Shown: in pieces, positions 1-9,970 of the stretch
Numbering within the stretch: position 1 is the stretch's first letter
How the letters are laid out: the number at the start of each line of letters is the position of its first letter
NCBI GenBank assembly: GCA_032128375.1
Contig: JAQBGU010000237.1
Location: forward strand, 1-45,071
Direction of reading: 5' to 3'
Length of the DNA: 45,071 nucleotides
Origin: Deltaproteobacteria bacterium
Lineage (GTDB): Bacteria; Myxococcota_A; UBA9160; SMWR01
The notes under the pieces: model-generated
What the model was told of the DNA's origin: nothing
Databases searched by the model: none
Seen by the model: only the letters and a program-made list of their open reading frames with translations
Made by a program: the position numbers and the translations under genes

Positions 1-921
1 TGCACGGGCGTTGGGGTGCGCATCGTCGCGAGAGACCCATAAGCTGATGGGTTGTTCTTCATTTTGGAATAGCACGGCCAGGTCCAAAGCGGGAATGCCG
101 TGCTCAGCCAGTGAAGCCATCACTTTCGCGTGCTCCTTTCCGAAGGGATATTCGCGCAGCTGATGAAGTTCGGGCAGGATGATGGCCCTCACTGCGATTT
201 CGTGCTGCGCGCAGATTCTAGCCAGACGACCGAACGCTCGCTGGGTCTCGATCCAGCCGGGCTGGTCGTCGCGATACAGGTCGCTGTAGAACTCGTAGAA
301 GTTCGGCGCGTCTGCGTATCGGGCGCGAACGGCCTTGATTCGAGACCAGTAGAACGACATCAGCCTCGAGTGCCCCAGCCAGGCGTACTTCGACCGGCGC
401 GGCGTCGGCTCTGCGTCGTTGATGAAGTAGAACAACACGACGAGGTCGGGTCGGTAGCGAAGCCCCTTGGTCTCGAACAGGCTTACTTCTTGTGAGGTGT
501 TGTAGTTGCCAATGCCGAAATTCAGGATTTCAGTCGGCCTAGCGCCGTCGAGTGCGCGTTCGAGCAGATGTTCGAAACTCTGCTCCTTTTGGACGCCCCA
601 ACCGAACGTCAATGAGTCGCCCAGGAAGATGATGCGGCGACGCTCGTTGCGCTCGACTTCGTACTCGTCATCCCGCAGGCCGTCGGAATTGATTTGAACC
701 GGAACATCCATCAGCTGGGCCGAACTGCCGGGCCGATGAACGTGACCGATCCGCGGGTCTTCGGATTCGATCTTCAGCGCCAGACCGTAACGCGACATCT
801 CGATGTCGTAGAACGTATTGCGTGTCAGATAGGTTCGAACGCCAAGTTCACCCATGCCCAGGAAACACAGGATTGCAAGTACGACCAGTGCGGCCCCATT
901 GCGAAGTTGGTCGGTTTTCAT
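1..921 (-). CDS. SGNH/GDSL hydrolase-fold protein with N-terminal membrane anchor (partial; 3' end runs off the window)
   Basis: Absent from the ORF track because no stop falls in the window. Manual translation from ATG at 921: MKTDQLRNGAALVVLAILCFLGMGELGVR...INSDGLRD...IIFLGDSLTFGWGV...ILNFGIGNYNT...PDLVVLFYFIND...LWVSRDDAHPNARA. Shows block I GDS, block II G, block III ND and block V DxH. Confidence 0.9.
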   Translation of the reverse strand, partial: MKTDQLRNGAALVVLAILCFLGMGELGVRTYLTRNTFYDIEMSRYGLALKIESEDPRIGHVHRPGSSAQLMDVPVQINSDGLRDDEYEVERNERRRIIFLGDSLTFGWGVQKEQSFEHLLERALDGARPTEILNFGIGNYNTSQEVSLFETKGLRYRPDLVVLFYFINDAEPTPRRSKYAWLGHSRLMSFYWSRIKAVRARYADAPNFYEFYSDLYRDDQPGWIETQRAFGRLARICAQHEIAVRAIILPELHQLREYPFGKEHAKVMASLAEHGIPALDLAVLFQNEEQPISLWVSRDDAHPNARA

Positions 922-930
922 GATGGGCGC

Positions 931-2037
931 TCATTGTAGGGGAGCGACCAAAGCCCTGCTGGCGTCGCGCGTGGATGAAGCCTGCGGGTCCTCGCTCGGG
1001 ATGAGCGCGTTCGAACGCAGAAAGTCGGCAATCACGCGAGCGAAGATCGCGTGGGCTCGATCGTTTGGATGAGGGTCCAGTGCGTTGACCCAGTAGTCGC
1101 TCGGCCGCGTATCCCGGAATGCGTCCCGCGTATCCAGATAGTGAAGGCCGTGTCTGCGAAGTCGCGCTTCCGGGCTGACCGTCGGGGCCGGCCTCGTGCT
1201 CTCGAATTCCAGCCAGACCAATACGATCGGTATCCCCGTATTGGCTCGGATTCGACCGAGGCGCTCGAGGGCACTGGCGCGCGGCGGTGGCAGCGGCGCG
1301 AACGCGGTGGCCGCCTCGATCGAGCCTGCGGACAGCATCGCGTCCATCACGAACTGCTCCACCACGCCGACGTGACGCCCGGGCTCGGACTCCTTCCCGA
1401 TCCGCAACTCGATCAGACGCGCCAGGAAACTCTGAAATACCGGATACGACACTTGGAATTCCAGGGGCGACACAGGAATCTTGCCCGCCGATCGCTTCGG
1501 GTTCTTGACCAGCAGCGGTATCGACAGGCGGGTCGCGCAGATCAGGATGAGATCCGGATCGTAGGGCAACGCTCGTAGTTCGAGCATCGCGAGAATCTGC
1601 TCGGCGCCGTGCATGCCGACCGCGAAGTTGATGAATTCGTAGCGGCGCGGTGCGAACTCGGCCGATAGCTGCTCTTCCAGCAGGGAGTGGAATGCGCGTT
1701 CGATCTCGACACCGGCAGGCAACGCAAAGGACGAACCCATCACGGCTACCCGAAATGTATCCGAGGGCTTTTCGAGCGTGTACTCCCGATCCCGCAAGCC
1801 CTTTGAATTGGTGCGAAAAGATGCCAGCTTGAAATACCCGTCCAGATTCGGCTTCAGTTCGAATCCGATCCGAGCGTCGCCCGCTTGCCGCGTGAATCCG
1901 GTCTGGTTGAGACCGTGAACGCTGTTCATTTTGGCCGGCACCAGGCCGGCAATTCCGAACAGATAGACTCGAGCGGTCAGTTCCAGTAAAACGAACAGGC
2001 CGGCGGCGACGGCAGCGATCCGAACGGCAGTGTTCAT
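931..2037 (-). CDS. SGNH/GDSL hydrolase-fold protein (putative envelope O-acyltransferase/esterase), N-terminal TM
   Basis: 368 aa. N-terminal hydrophobic helix (LFVLLELTAR), TNSKGLRD, VMGSSF (block I), INFAVG, YDPDL, LDPHPN (block V). Confidence 0.85.
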   Translation of the reverse strand: MNTAVRIAAVAAGLFVLLELTARVYLFGIAGLVPAKMNSVHGLNQTGFTRQAGDARIGFELKPNLDGYFKLASFRTNSKGLRDREYTLEKPSDTFRVAVMGSSFALPAGVEIERAFHSLLEEQLSAEFAPRRYEFINFAVGMHGAEQILAMLELRALPYDPDLILICATRLSIPLLVKNPKRSAGKIPVSPLEFQVSYPVFQSFLARLIELRIGKESEPGRHVGVVEQFVMDAMLSAGSIEAATAFAPLPPPRASALERLGRIRANTGIPIVLVWLEFESTRPAPTVSPEARLRRHGLHYLDTRDAFRDTRPSDYWVNALDPHPNDRAHAIFARVIADFLRSNALIPSEDPQASSTRDASRALVAPLQ

Positions 2038-2321
2038 GGCAACACCAGCCCCTGGCGGGTGGGCGCAGGGAGCTCGATCAACGTTCCCGCGATTTCCGGG
2101 ATTATCAAACGGGGATAGGGGGTTGGATGAGTATCATGGTCCAACTGGAATAGCACGTCGGCTCGGGGCAAGTTTGGGGCGATCGGGTAATGCCGTTTGG
2201 CCGAATCCGTGCAGGCTCGCACGCTGAGGCATCGGAGGGCAGCGAGCATTCTTCAGCGAGGCTTGAATGGGGCCGAAGCGTGGGAAAGCGAGCCGCATAG
2301 GAAGAAAGGGTGGGTGAGAGG

Positions 2322-2495
2322 ATGCGAGGGGAAGCTGTGCGAGCGGGCTCATGCATCGCACTCCTCGTTGTTGCGGTCGCCCTATCGCTGGCGAGTTCGG
2401 ATGATTGCCGACCGCGTGTGCTGCTGACCGGAGTCGATGGGGCTGCAGCTCGACTGATCGATCTTTTTCTCATCGCTGGCATGACCGGTCGATGA
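2322..2495 (+). pseudogene. Probable truncated remnant of an alkaline-phosphatase-superfamily (phosphodiesterase/NPP-like) gene, or small membrane peptide
   Basis: Short ORF with a hydrophobic stretch (CIALLVVAVALSLA) followed by PRVLLTGVDGAAARLID, which resembles the first beta-strand/metal Asp motif (xxlxiglDGa) of AlkP-superfamily phosphodiesterases. It stops shortly afterwards. Confidence 0.4.
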
Positions 2496-2513
2496 GCCGA
2501 TCTCGCTGACGAC

Positions 2514-3962
2514 GTGTTTTTCAATTCGATTCACTTCCTGGTGTTCTTCCCGGTCATCACCGGCCTGTATTTCATCACGCCGCATCGCCTTCGATGGCTG
2601 CTGTTGCTGTTGGCGAGCTACTACTTCTATGCGGCGTGGAGATTCGACTATCTGCTGCTCATCGTCGTTTCGACGCTCGTCGATTATGCTGCAGCGCGCC
2701 GAATGCACAGCGCAGGTTCGGACCGTGAACGTCGCCGATACCTGCTTCTCAGCCTTTTCTGCAATCTCGGGCTGCTATTCACATTCAAGTACTTCGGCTT
2801 TGCGCGCGAGTCGCTCAACGGCCTCGCCGCTTGGGTCGGGCTTCCGTATGCGATTCCCGCTCTCGAGCTGCTACTGCCGGTTGGGATCTCGTTCTACACG
2901 TTCCAGACGCTGAGCTACACGATCGACGTCTATCGGCGCCAACGCGAGCCCGAGCATCACCTGGGAAAATTTGCCGCTTACGTGGCCTTCTTTCCACAAC
3001 TCGTAGCCGGCCCGATCGAGCGCTCGAAGCGACTGCTGCCGCAGTTCGACGAGATTCACCGCTTCGATTACGGCCTGATGAAGAGTGGTCTGAAGCTGAT
3101 GGTCTGGGGCTTTTTCCTGAAGCTCGTCATCGCAGACCAGGCCGGGCTGTTCGTCGATGCCGTTTATGGCAACCCAGACGGGCACAGCGGCGAGTCGTTG
3201 CTGTTCGCGTCGTACCTGTTCGCATTCCAGATCTACTGCGACTTCTCGGGCTACAGCCATATCGCGATCGGAGCCGCGCGGGTTCTGGGATTCCGGTTGA
3301 TGCTGAACTTCGACAGGCCGTACTTCGCCAAGAACATCCGCGAGAGCTGGAGGCGCTGGCACATATCGCTGACCAGCTGGTTCCGGGACTACCTCTACAT
3401 CCCGCTCGGCGGCAACCGGAACCGTACTCGGCGATGGGTCGGCGTCGTGCTGATCGTCTTTTTGACCAGTGGTCTGTGGCACGGCGCGAACTGGACCTTC
3501 CTGGCCTGGGGGTTCCTACACGCTGTGTTCATGTTGATCGGTCGGGCCAAGGACACGGCCGTCGGCCGTGCACGGGACGCGGCGTTCGACGGGCCGATTC
3601 GCGGGCGGATCCTCTCCGCCGCGCAAGTCGTCACGACCTTTCACCTATGGGTTCTCGCATGGATCGTTTTCCGTGCCGAATCGCTGACGAGTGCGGTAGG
3701 GATCTTCCACGGGATCGCGACCCGCTTCGCGAGCGGGGTGGAGCCCACGCCGGGCGTGTTCAGCCCGTTCGAGATGGCGGCGGTGTGCATCCCCATCGGG
3801 TTTCTGCTCGCAGTGGAAGCCTGGCAGGGTCGGCGCGGATTCGTTGAATTTGTCGACGCGCAGCCCTTCGCGGTGCGTACCATCCTCTACTTCACATTGC
3901 TGGTCACCATCGCTTGTCTGGGCGTCTTTGAAGCCAGCGAATTCATCTACTTCCAGTTTTGA
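2514..3962 (+). CDS. MBOAT family O-acyltransferase (AlgI/DltB/PatA-like)
   Basis: 482 aa polytopic protein: MFFNSxxFLxFF start, LPVGISFYTFQTLSYTIDVY, FFPQLVAGPIER, QIYCDFSGYS, NFDRPY, WRRWHISLTSWFRDYLYIPLGG, SGLWHGANWTF (catalytic His), C-terminal FIYFQF. Confidence 0.95.
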   Translation: MFFNSIHFLVFFPVITGLYFITPHRLRWLLLLLASYYFYAAWRFDYLLLIVVSTLVDYAAARRMHSAGSDRERRRYLLLSLFCNLGLLFTFKYFGFARESLNGLAAWVGLPYAIPALELLLPVGISFYTFQTLSYTIDVYRRQREPEHHLGKFAAYVAFFPQLVAGPIERSKRLLPQFDEIHRFDYGLMKSGLKLMVWGFFLKLVIADQAGLFVDAVYGNPDGHSGESLLFASYLFAFQIYCDFSGYSHIAIGAARVLGFRLMLNFDRPYFAKNIRESWRRWHISLTSWFRDYLYIPLGGNRNRTRRWVGVVLIVFLTSGLWHGANWTFLAWGFLHAVFMLIGRAKDTAVGRARDAAFDGPIRGRILSAAQVVTTFHLWVLAWIVFRAESLTSAVGIFHGIATRFASGVEPTPGVFSPFEMAAVCIPIGFLLAVEAWQGRRGFVEFVDAQPFAVRTILYFTLLVTIACLGVFEASEFIYFQF

Positions 3963-4007
3963 TAGAACCACCACACGCGCCGACAAGAAGGGGTCCGAGA
4001 GCAATCC

Positions 4008-4982
4008 ATGCATGAAATCGCCAAGATCGCACTACTGCTGTGCATCGGGTTGGCGCTCAATGCGTCGCTCGCGAATTGGTACCGCGAGAGTGTGATGTGG
4101 GAGGGCATCACCGAGAAGACCACGAGGCAGTTCGAAGCCGAACGCGACAGCGTCGACACGCTGATTCTCGGGGATTCTCACGCGAAGCGAGCCCTCTACC
4201 CGAGCGTGTTGAAGAATGCCTTCAACCTGGCGATTCCGGGCGAGAACTACATCGAGACCTTCTACGTTCTCCGGTCCCTGATCGATGACGCGAACCTCGA
4301 AATTCGCACGGTGATTCTGCCGATCGACCTTCATTCCCTGTCATCGTGGAACATCGATGGCTTTGCGCACGTCCACCACTACGCGTCGTTCGTGGATTAC
4401 TTCGAGATCGGATGGCGACGCGGCCGGCTCATGTTGTACGCCGTACGCGCGCTTCAGGGGCGCTATGCGCCGTACGTGAGCGAGCGTCGCAATATCCTGA
4501 CCTACTTCGAGTACAACCGGCCGCGCGACATGTTCTGGCTGCAGGAGCTACCGCTCGTGGGAGGGGCGCTCGTCGACAAGCGCTCCATTGCGAAGTGGAC
4601 GAGCGACGAGAGGATGAAGCAGACGGCCACACGGGTCGGGTTTCACTTGAAGAACAGGGATCCGACCCTGCCAATCCTCGAAGCGTACTTTCTGCAGATT
4701 CTCGATCTGTGCGCTGCGCACAATATCCGTGTCGTCCTCGTCCAGTATCCGGTCACCCGGGAGTATTTGCGGGCGGCATCCGAAATCATCGACATCGAAG
4801 CCTTCGATCAGAGAATCCGCACGCTCGTACAACCGTACGACAACGTGCAGCTGATCGCGACGCGGAACCTGTTTGGAAACCGTCTCGATGTATTTCTCGA
4901 TGGCGACCATCTGAACGAGAAGGGAGCGATCCTGTTCTCGAGGGCAGTCAAGCGACGAGCCCTCGATGTCACGCGGAAGTGA
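4008..4982 (+). CDS. SGNH-fold partner of the MBOAT (DltD/AlgJ-like extracytoplasmic acyltransferase)
   Basis: 324 aa directly downstream of the MBOAT. N-terminal TM, ILGDSH, FNLAIPG, FLDGDHLNEKGAILFS. Confidence 0.8.
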   Translation: MHEIAKIALLLCIGLALNASLANWYRESVMWEGITEKTTRQFEAERDSVDTLILGDSHAKRALYPSVLKNAFNLAIPGENYIETFYVLRSLIDDANLEIRTVILPIDLHSLSSWNIDGFAHVHHYASFVDYFEIGWRRGRLMLYAVRALQGRYAPYVSERRNILTYFEYNRPRDMFWLQELPLVGGALVDKRSIAKWTSDERMKQTATRVGFHLKNRDPTLPILEAYFLQILDLCAAHNIRVVLVQYPVTREYLRAASEIIDIEAFDQRIRTLVQPYDNVQLIATRNLFGNRLDVFLDGDHLNEKGAILFSRAVKRRALDVTRK

Positions 4983-4996
4983 AGCGATCGTGACGA

Positions 4997-6064
4997 TCAG
5001 CCCTGGTCGATCGTATTGGGTGATCGCCTCGCACCGCGCCAGCAATGCGTGGGAAGCTGCTGCAAGCCGGCCCATAGTGCCTCTTCCAGCAGCTGGTGAC
5101 CCGCTTCGTTGGGGTGTGGGTCGGCGAGGCCGACCCACAGCTGCGTTGGGTCTTTTTCGAGCAGCCGTTCGTAGCTGCGAATCACGAACAAACCGCGCGC
5201 CGCGGCAGCATCCGCGATCTGGTCGTACTCGGCGCGGAAAGGGTGTAGGAAGTTCAGCATATTCAGATCGGTGTGCACGAACAGCACTGCGCAGATTCTG
5301 GACTCGCGTGCCTGGTTCGCGAGCCGATCGAATCCTGCGAGAACTTCTGCCCACGCCGCCTCGTTCTCGAAATAGTTCTCGTGAAGTTCGCCCACGTACG
5401 AGCCGGAAGTTGCAAAGACTGCTTGGAAAAGCTCGCGAGCGCGGGGGCCGAAGAAGCGAACCAGGTAAATCGGTGATCGTGCGAAGAAGAAGGGGTGATA
5501 CCTATTTTCGTAGGAGCGGATGTAGTGCTCGCCCTCGATGTCGTTGAGCGTATAGCCGTAGATGACGAGGTCGGGATCGAAGCGCAGCCCGAGACGCTCG
5601 AATCGGCCCAAGATCACCTTCGTGTACAGACCGGACACCGCCCAATTGAGTACCTCGTACGCGCGCCCGGCCGGCTGGGTATTCAGGCGGAGTTCCAGGA
5701 GGTGACCGTAGGTGCTTTCGTAGGCGACACCACTTCCCATCGAAATTGAGTCGCCGATCAGCATCACGCGAATCGTACCCTGTGGTTTCGCGAGCGAGCG
5801 CTCGGGGCCTCGAAAGCCGTGACTGTTGGTCTCGAATAGCACACCGGAGTTCATACCCCGAACGTTCGGAGCCGACAGCTCGGATATTGTGCGAAGCACG
5901 GGAAGGTTCTGCAGATTCGCGGGAAGCGGCATCGGCTTCGGAAGAATAGGCGCATCCCACGCGAGTCGCAGCGCGACTTCGCCCAGCAACGCGGTAACGA
6001 GTAGAGAGATCGTCGCCAATGCCAGCTTGGCGAACCACGCTCTGGTGGCCGAGGCGGGCGGCAT
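4997..6064 (-). CDS. SGNH/GDSL hydrolase-fold protein, N-terminal TM
   Basis: Start re-assigned to ATG at 6064 (MPPASATRAWFAKLAL...), right after the stop of the upstream gene at 6066. TNSHGFRG, LIGDSISMG, VLNWAVSG, YTLND, ADPHPNEAGH. Confidence 0.88.
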   Translation of the reverse strand: MPPASATRAWFAKLALATISLLVTALLGEVALRLAWDAPILPKPMPLPANLQNLPVLRTISELSAPNVRGMNSGVLFETNSHGFRGPERSLAKPQGTIRVMLIGDSISMGSGVAYESTYGHLLELRLNTQPAGRAYEVLNWAVSGLYTKVILGRFERLGLRFDPDLVIYGYTLNDIEGEHYIRSYENRYHPFFFARSPIYLVRFFGPRARELFQAVFATSGSYVGELHENYFENEAAWAEVLAGFDRLANQARESRICAVLFVHTDLNMLNFLHPFRAEYDQIADAAAARGLFVIRSYERLLEKDPTQLWVGLADPHPNEAGHQLLEEALWAGLQQLPTHCWRGARRSPNTIDQG

Positions 6065-6065
6065 G

Positions 6066-8261
6066 CTAACGGGTTGCTCGGTCGTCAGCTCGGAGGACAA
6101 CTGGCACGGCGATGTCCGGAACAACGGCGGATGGTTCGGTTCCTTGCGTTTTTTCGAGGATCTGGACTTCACCCCAACCGACAGATGCGGCTTCTGTCGA
6201 GAATTCGTCATCGGCTCGAGCACAGAACTGAATAGAAAACTCGCGTCCAGCGTAGGCGTCGAGAGCCAGGTGGATCTGTACGGGTATGGAGCTGGTCGCC
6301 CGCGTCTGCGAGTACAGGAGCTTGCGACTCCCAGATCGTTCGGCAGCAGATACCTCGTAGTGGACGAAGTCGCCGCCCGGTTCGCTTCTCCATCCTCGCG
6401 GAGGCGTCATCGAGAGGAAGCTGAGCGCCTGACCTGCGTCGACGGCATGGAGAATCGAAAAGCAGGCCGGCGCCTGCTTCGTGACGTCGACGATCAACAC
6501 CCGATACATCAACCAGGATCCGCGGCCGACTTCGTATTCGCCCGGCTCGATCTCGTCGCTCTGGGTCCAGACATCGACGACCACTTCGGAATCGGCGACG
6601 GCAGGCGTGATCCGCTCGAGCAACAGCGACGTCGAGTGGATGACCTTTGCAGCGGACGCCGCCGCCTCTATGACCTCGGTGATGCGGAAATGCTTAGCGA
6701 GATAGGCGGCACTCTCTGGGATGAATTCGGTTTCCGGGGTCGGAATGCTAGGCAACATGCTCGGGTTGTAGAACAGGGCGTCGACCTCGTGGAGACTCTC
6801 TCGCATGACGGCGTCGTCTCCCGGTAGGAAGATGCCGGGAAGCATCAAGTCGATGGGTGTAGGGACCTTGCGTCCGGTGAGGAAGTAGAAAAGGGCGTCC
6901 GCGCGCACGAACATGACGGTTCGATCGCGCATCTGTGCCTCCCGCGCGAGCACCAGCGCCGCGTATTCGGCCTGCCCTTTGGGTGCCAGGACACGCCCGC
7001 GCGCGCTTTCGATGGGGGTATCGAATGTCACGATGGCCGCCCATCCGACGAAGATCCCGGTTCCGACCCATGCGGCGAACAACGCGAGCCCCACGCCGCG
7101 TCCGACCTGCGAGGTTTCGGACCAGCGCGCAATCACGGCTGCAAGGAACAGCAACATCAGCGGATAGACGTTCATCAAGTGCGTCCAATCCGCGCGGTAG
7201 AGGCTCGAGTAGGCAGTAGCGCTCAGCACGGCCAGCAGGATCCAGAAGGGCGCCTCGGCGCGAATCCGATGGCGATCCAACGGATCGAGCGCGAAACGCA
7301 GCGCCAGCGGGAACGCCAGCAGCGGCGCGTAGTAGATGCTCTTGATCACCACCTCGACGATCGCCACGGTGTTCGGCGATTCTACGTTGATATTGAGATC
7401 ACCCTGCCACGCAAGATGGACGAGCGCTGGTGGGAAATAGGTCAGCATCAACACGCCGAGGCCTCCCGGATCGAGCGGCCAACTTGCGAGCGTGGGAAAC
7501 GCAACGAGATAGTGGGCCGGCATGTACTGCAGTCCGAACACGGCGCGATCGATCATGTCGTCGAGGTTGCCCGCGATCGCGTAGGCGACGACGACCGGGA
7601 GGATCGGGATGAGCGACCCGACGACTCCAATCGTTCCGTCGCGCGTCAGGCGGGCCAGACCGCTTCGTGTCTTCCAAGCGTGTGCGCAAATCGCCAACGC
7701 GGCCGCCAACGCGAGAAAGCCGGCCTGGTTCTGCTTGGTCATGACGGTGAGGCCGATGCCGATGCCGGCCAACAGCAGCGGCAGCGATCGTTCGGTTTCG
7801 AAGAAGCGCCTGAGCCAGACGATGACCCAGAGCGTGAGTAGCATCGCGAGCTGGGAGTAATTGACCAGGGTCCAGAACGGAAAGGCATGACCCTTGATCG
7901 CCATGAACGCGAAGGCGCCCAACCAGGCCGCGCGCGTCGAAACGAGATCGCGCAAGATCTGGAAGATCGCCACCCCACAACCGATGAAGATGGCCGCTTG
8001 AAGAATGCGCCCCAGCATGATGTGGGGTCCGAACAACCGAATTGCAGCGCCCATCAATTCGTAGATCAAGGGGCCCATGTTGGTGACGCGGTCGCGATAC
8101 AGCGCATCGCCCCGGCTCAGGCCTTCGGCAATGGCGAGGATCGAACCCTCGTCGTAGAACGATACGCCGCGGCTGAGAAAGGGAAGCTGCAACAGAAACA
8201 GCATCATGGCGAGCCAGATCAGCGGCCCGAAAGTCGCGCGCTGGGGATCGGAACTACTCAT
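6066..8261 (-). CDS. GT-C fold glycosyltransferase (ArnT/PMT-2-like) with C-terminal soluble extension
   Basis: 731 aa. FYDEG in the first external loop, LYRD...GPL, many TM helices, TKQN, Y.LTGR; hydrophilic C-terminal region. Confidence 0.75.
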   Translation of the reverse strand: MSSSDPQRATFGPLIWLAMMLFLLQLPFLSRGVSFYDEGSILAIAEGLSRGDALYRDRVTNMGPLIYELMGAAIRLFGPHIMLGRILQAAIFIGCGVAIFQILRDLVSTRAAWLGAFAFMAIKGHAFPFWTLVNYSQLAMLLTLWVIVWLRRFFETERSLPLLLAGIGIGLTVMTKQNQAGFLALAAALAICAHAWKTRSGLARLTRDGTIGVVGSLIPILPVVVAYAIAGNLDDMIDRAVFGLQYMPAHYLVAFPTLASWPLDPGGLGVLMLTYFPPALVHLAWQGDLNINVESPNTVAIVEVVIKSIYYAPLLAFPLALRFALDPLDRHRIRAEAPFWILLAVLSATAYSSLYRADWTHLMNVYPLMLLFLAAVIARWSETSQVGRGVGLALFAAWVGTGIFVGWAAIVTFDTPIESARGRVLAPKGQAEYAALVLAREAQMRDRTVMFVRADALFYFLTGRKVPTPIDLMLPGIFLPGDDAVMRESLHEVDALFYNPSMLPSIPTPETEFIPESAAYLAKHFRITEVIEAAASAAKVIHSTSLLLERITPAVADSEVVVDVWTQSDEIEPGEYEVGRGSWLMYRVLIVDVTKQAPACFSILHAVDAGQALSFLSMTPPRGWRSEPGGDFVHYEVSAAERSGSRKLLYSQTRATSSIPVQIHLALDAYAGREFSIQFCARADDEFSTEAASVGWGEVQILEKTQGTEPSAVVPDIAVPVVLRADDRATR

Positions 8262-8552
8262 CGATCATGCCGGGCCTGCGGATTCGAGAGCCGTTTGCCG
8301 ACACCCGATCCCGTGATCTGATTGGCTGGCTCGCCGTCTGGATGGCCCGGAGCTTCATGGATATCGCGATACTACCACCCCTGATCACGCGGCTCTTTCC
8401 AGCGCTACGGGTCGGTATCGAGTTGAGATGGGTGGGTCGATGACCCGAGCGTCGCGATGCGCGGTACGATTGCCGCATGGGCGTGTTTCCGGTTTTGATG
8501 TGCGCAATCCGGCGAGCTTCAACGCAAGAACGCACCGTTATCGGCTAGGCCG

Positions 8553-9749
8553 GTGCAGAACAACCCGACACCGGTAGCCGCGAGTTGGCTTCGCCGACTC
8601 GGGCTCGGGCTGCTGTTCGTCGTCAGTACCTGCACGGTCAGCTTCGCGCTGATCGAGGTAGGCGCTCGTGTGTGGCTCACTCGGGCCGCCCCCCAGTCGA
8701 GCTTCGAGCGATACGCGTCCCTGGACCAGCTTCGCGTGCGAGCCGAGAAGGCCGGCGAGAGCCTCTCGAAATTCGAGCGCCATCTACACATCGGTTTCGT
8801 GGGCTCGCCCTCTTTCCGCCGCGGTGCGAATCGCCACAACACTCTGGGTCTTCGGGGCGAAGAAATCCCTCAGCCCAAGCCGGTTGGCGAGTACCGCATC
8901 GTCTGCCTCGGCGGCTCCACCACCTACACGTCTTTCGTCCAGGACTACCGCCTGTCCTACCCCGCTCTCCTTCAGAACGAACTGCGCGGGGCCGGCTACG
9001 GGAACGTGCGCGTCATCAACGCCGGTCTTCCAGGCTGGACGAGCTACGAGTCGCTGATCAACTTCGAACTCCGCGTTCTCGACCTGGAGCCGGACATGAT
9101 TATCGTCTACCACGCGGTGAACGACTTGATCATGCGTCTTGTCTGGCCTCCCGAGGAGTATCGTGGTGACAACTCCGGGGCAAAGGGCCCCGCACCCGGT
9201 CTGGATCGACCCATACCAGTGCTCGAGCGCAGCACCGCGCTTCGCATGGCGATGATCGGCATGGGCCTCGCTGAGAGTGCCACAGTGCTCGACACGACCT
9301 TCATCCAGACCGCACCTTCGTTCTTCGGTCATCGATACATGACCGAGCAAGATCGGGGAATCTACCCAAGCCAATTCTTCGTACAGACCCCCCCGCGAAA
9401 AATTCTCGCGCGCAATCCACCGACCTACTTCCGCCGCAACATCGAGCACATGATGTTGATCGCCCGCCATCGAAATATTCAGCCCGTGCTCGCGACGTTT
9501 GCCTATTTCGAGCGCGATGTGGGGGGCGACGCGTTGTCTACGCCGCTGATGCGCAGCGCCATGGACGAGATGAACGAGGTGATCCGCGAGATCGGACGCG
9601 AATACGATGTCCCGGTATTCGACTTCGCGACCCTCTTTCCGCAGGATCCCAACCTCTTCGTCGGCAGCGTCCATGTGAACCGGGCGGGGGCGCAGCTGAA
9701 GGCGGAACTCTTCGCGAAATATCTGATCGACTCGAAGCGGATCCGCTAG
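8553..9749 (+). CDS. SGNH/GDSL hydrolase-fold protein, N-terminal TM
   Basis: 398 aa. HNTLGLRG, CLGGSTT, VINAGLPGWTS, YHAVND, block V variant FVGSVHVNRAG. Confidence 0.85.
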   Translation: MQNNPTPVAASWLRRLGLGLLFVVSTCTVSFALIEVGARVWLTRAAPQSSFERYASLDQLRVRAEKAGESLSKFERHLHIGFVGSPSFRRGANRHNTLGLRGEEIPQPKPVGEYRIVCLGGSTTYTSFVQDYRLSYPALLQNELRGAGYGNVRVINAGLPGWTSYESLINFELRVLDLEPDMIIVYHAVNDLIMRLVWPPEEYRGDNSGAKGPAPGLDRPIPVLERSTALRMAMIGMGLAESATVLDTTFIQTAPSFFGHRYMTEQDRGIYPSQFFVQTPPRKILARNPPTYFRRNIEHMMLIARHRNIQPVLATFAYFERDVGGDALSTPLMRSAMDEMNEVIREIGREYDVPVFDFATLFPQDPNLFVGSVHVNRAGAQLKAELFAKYLIDSKRIR

Positions 9750-9970
9750 AGAGTCATTTTTTCGCTCGCCGCTGGGCGCTGAACTCTTCGAGCGCGCTGG
9801 TTATCGGCGCGCGACCCGGCCGCCGACCCGGTCCCACCGCGGTGGGTTCCCGTCTCGACGGCGAAGTCGGGCTCGACTTCGAAAGAGCGCTCGGCGGCGG
9901 GGTCATTCTCGAACGCCTGCCAGATGATATGCTCGCGAGATTGGCAGTCAGCCCCGAGAGGAGACAGCGA

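Noticed and set aside
2493..2495. TGA in frame between the small upstream ORF and the MBOAT as a second Sec read-through site
   Set aside because: No Cys-equivalent context, no convincing hairpin downstream, and the MBOAT has its own typical MFFNS start at 2514.
9765..9901. tRNA (including tRNA-Sec) or SAM-I riboswitch
   Set aside because: No T-loop/anticodon-arm geometry or CCA end, and no SAM-I core motifs seen; kept only as an unassigned structured element.
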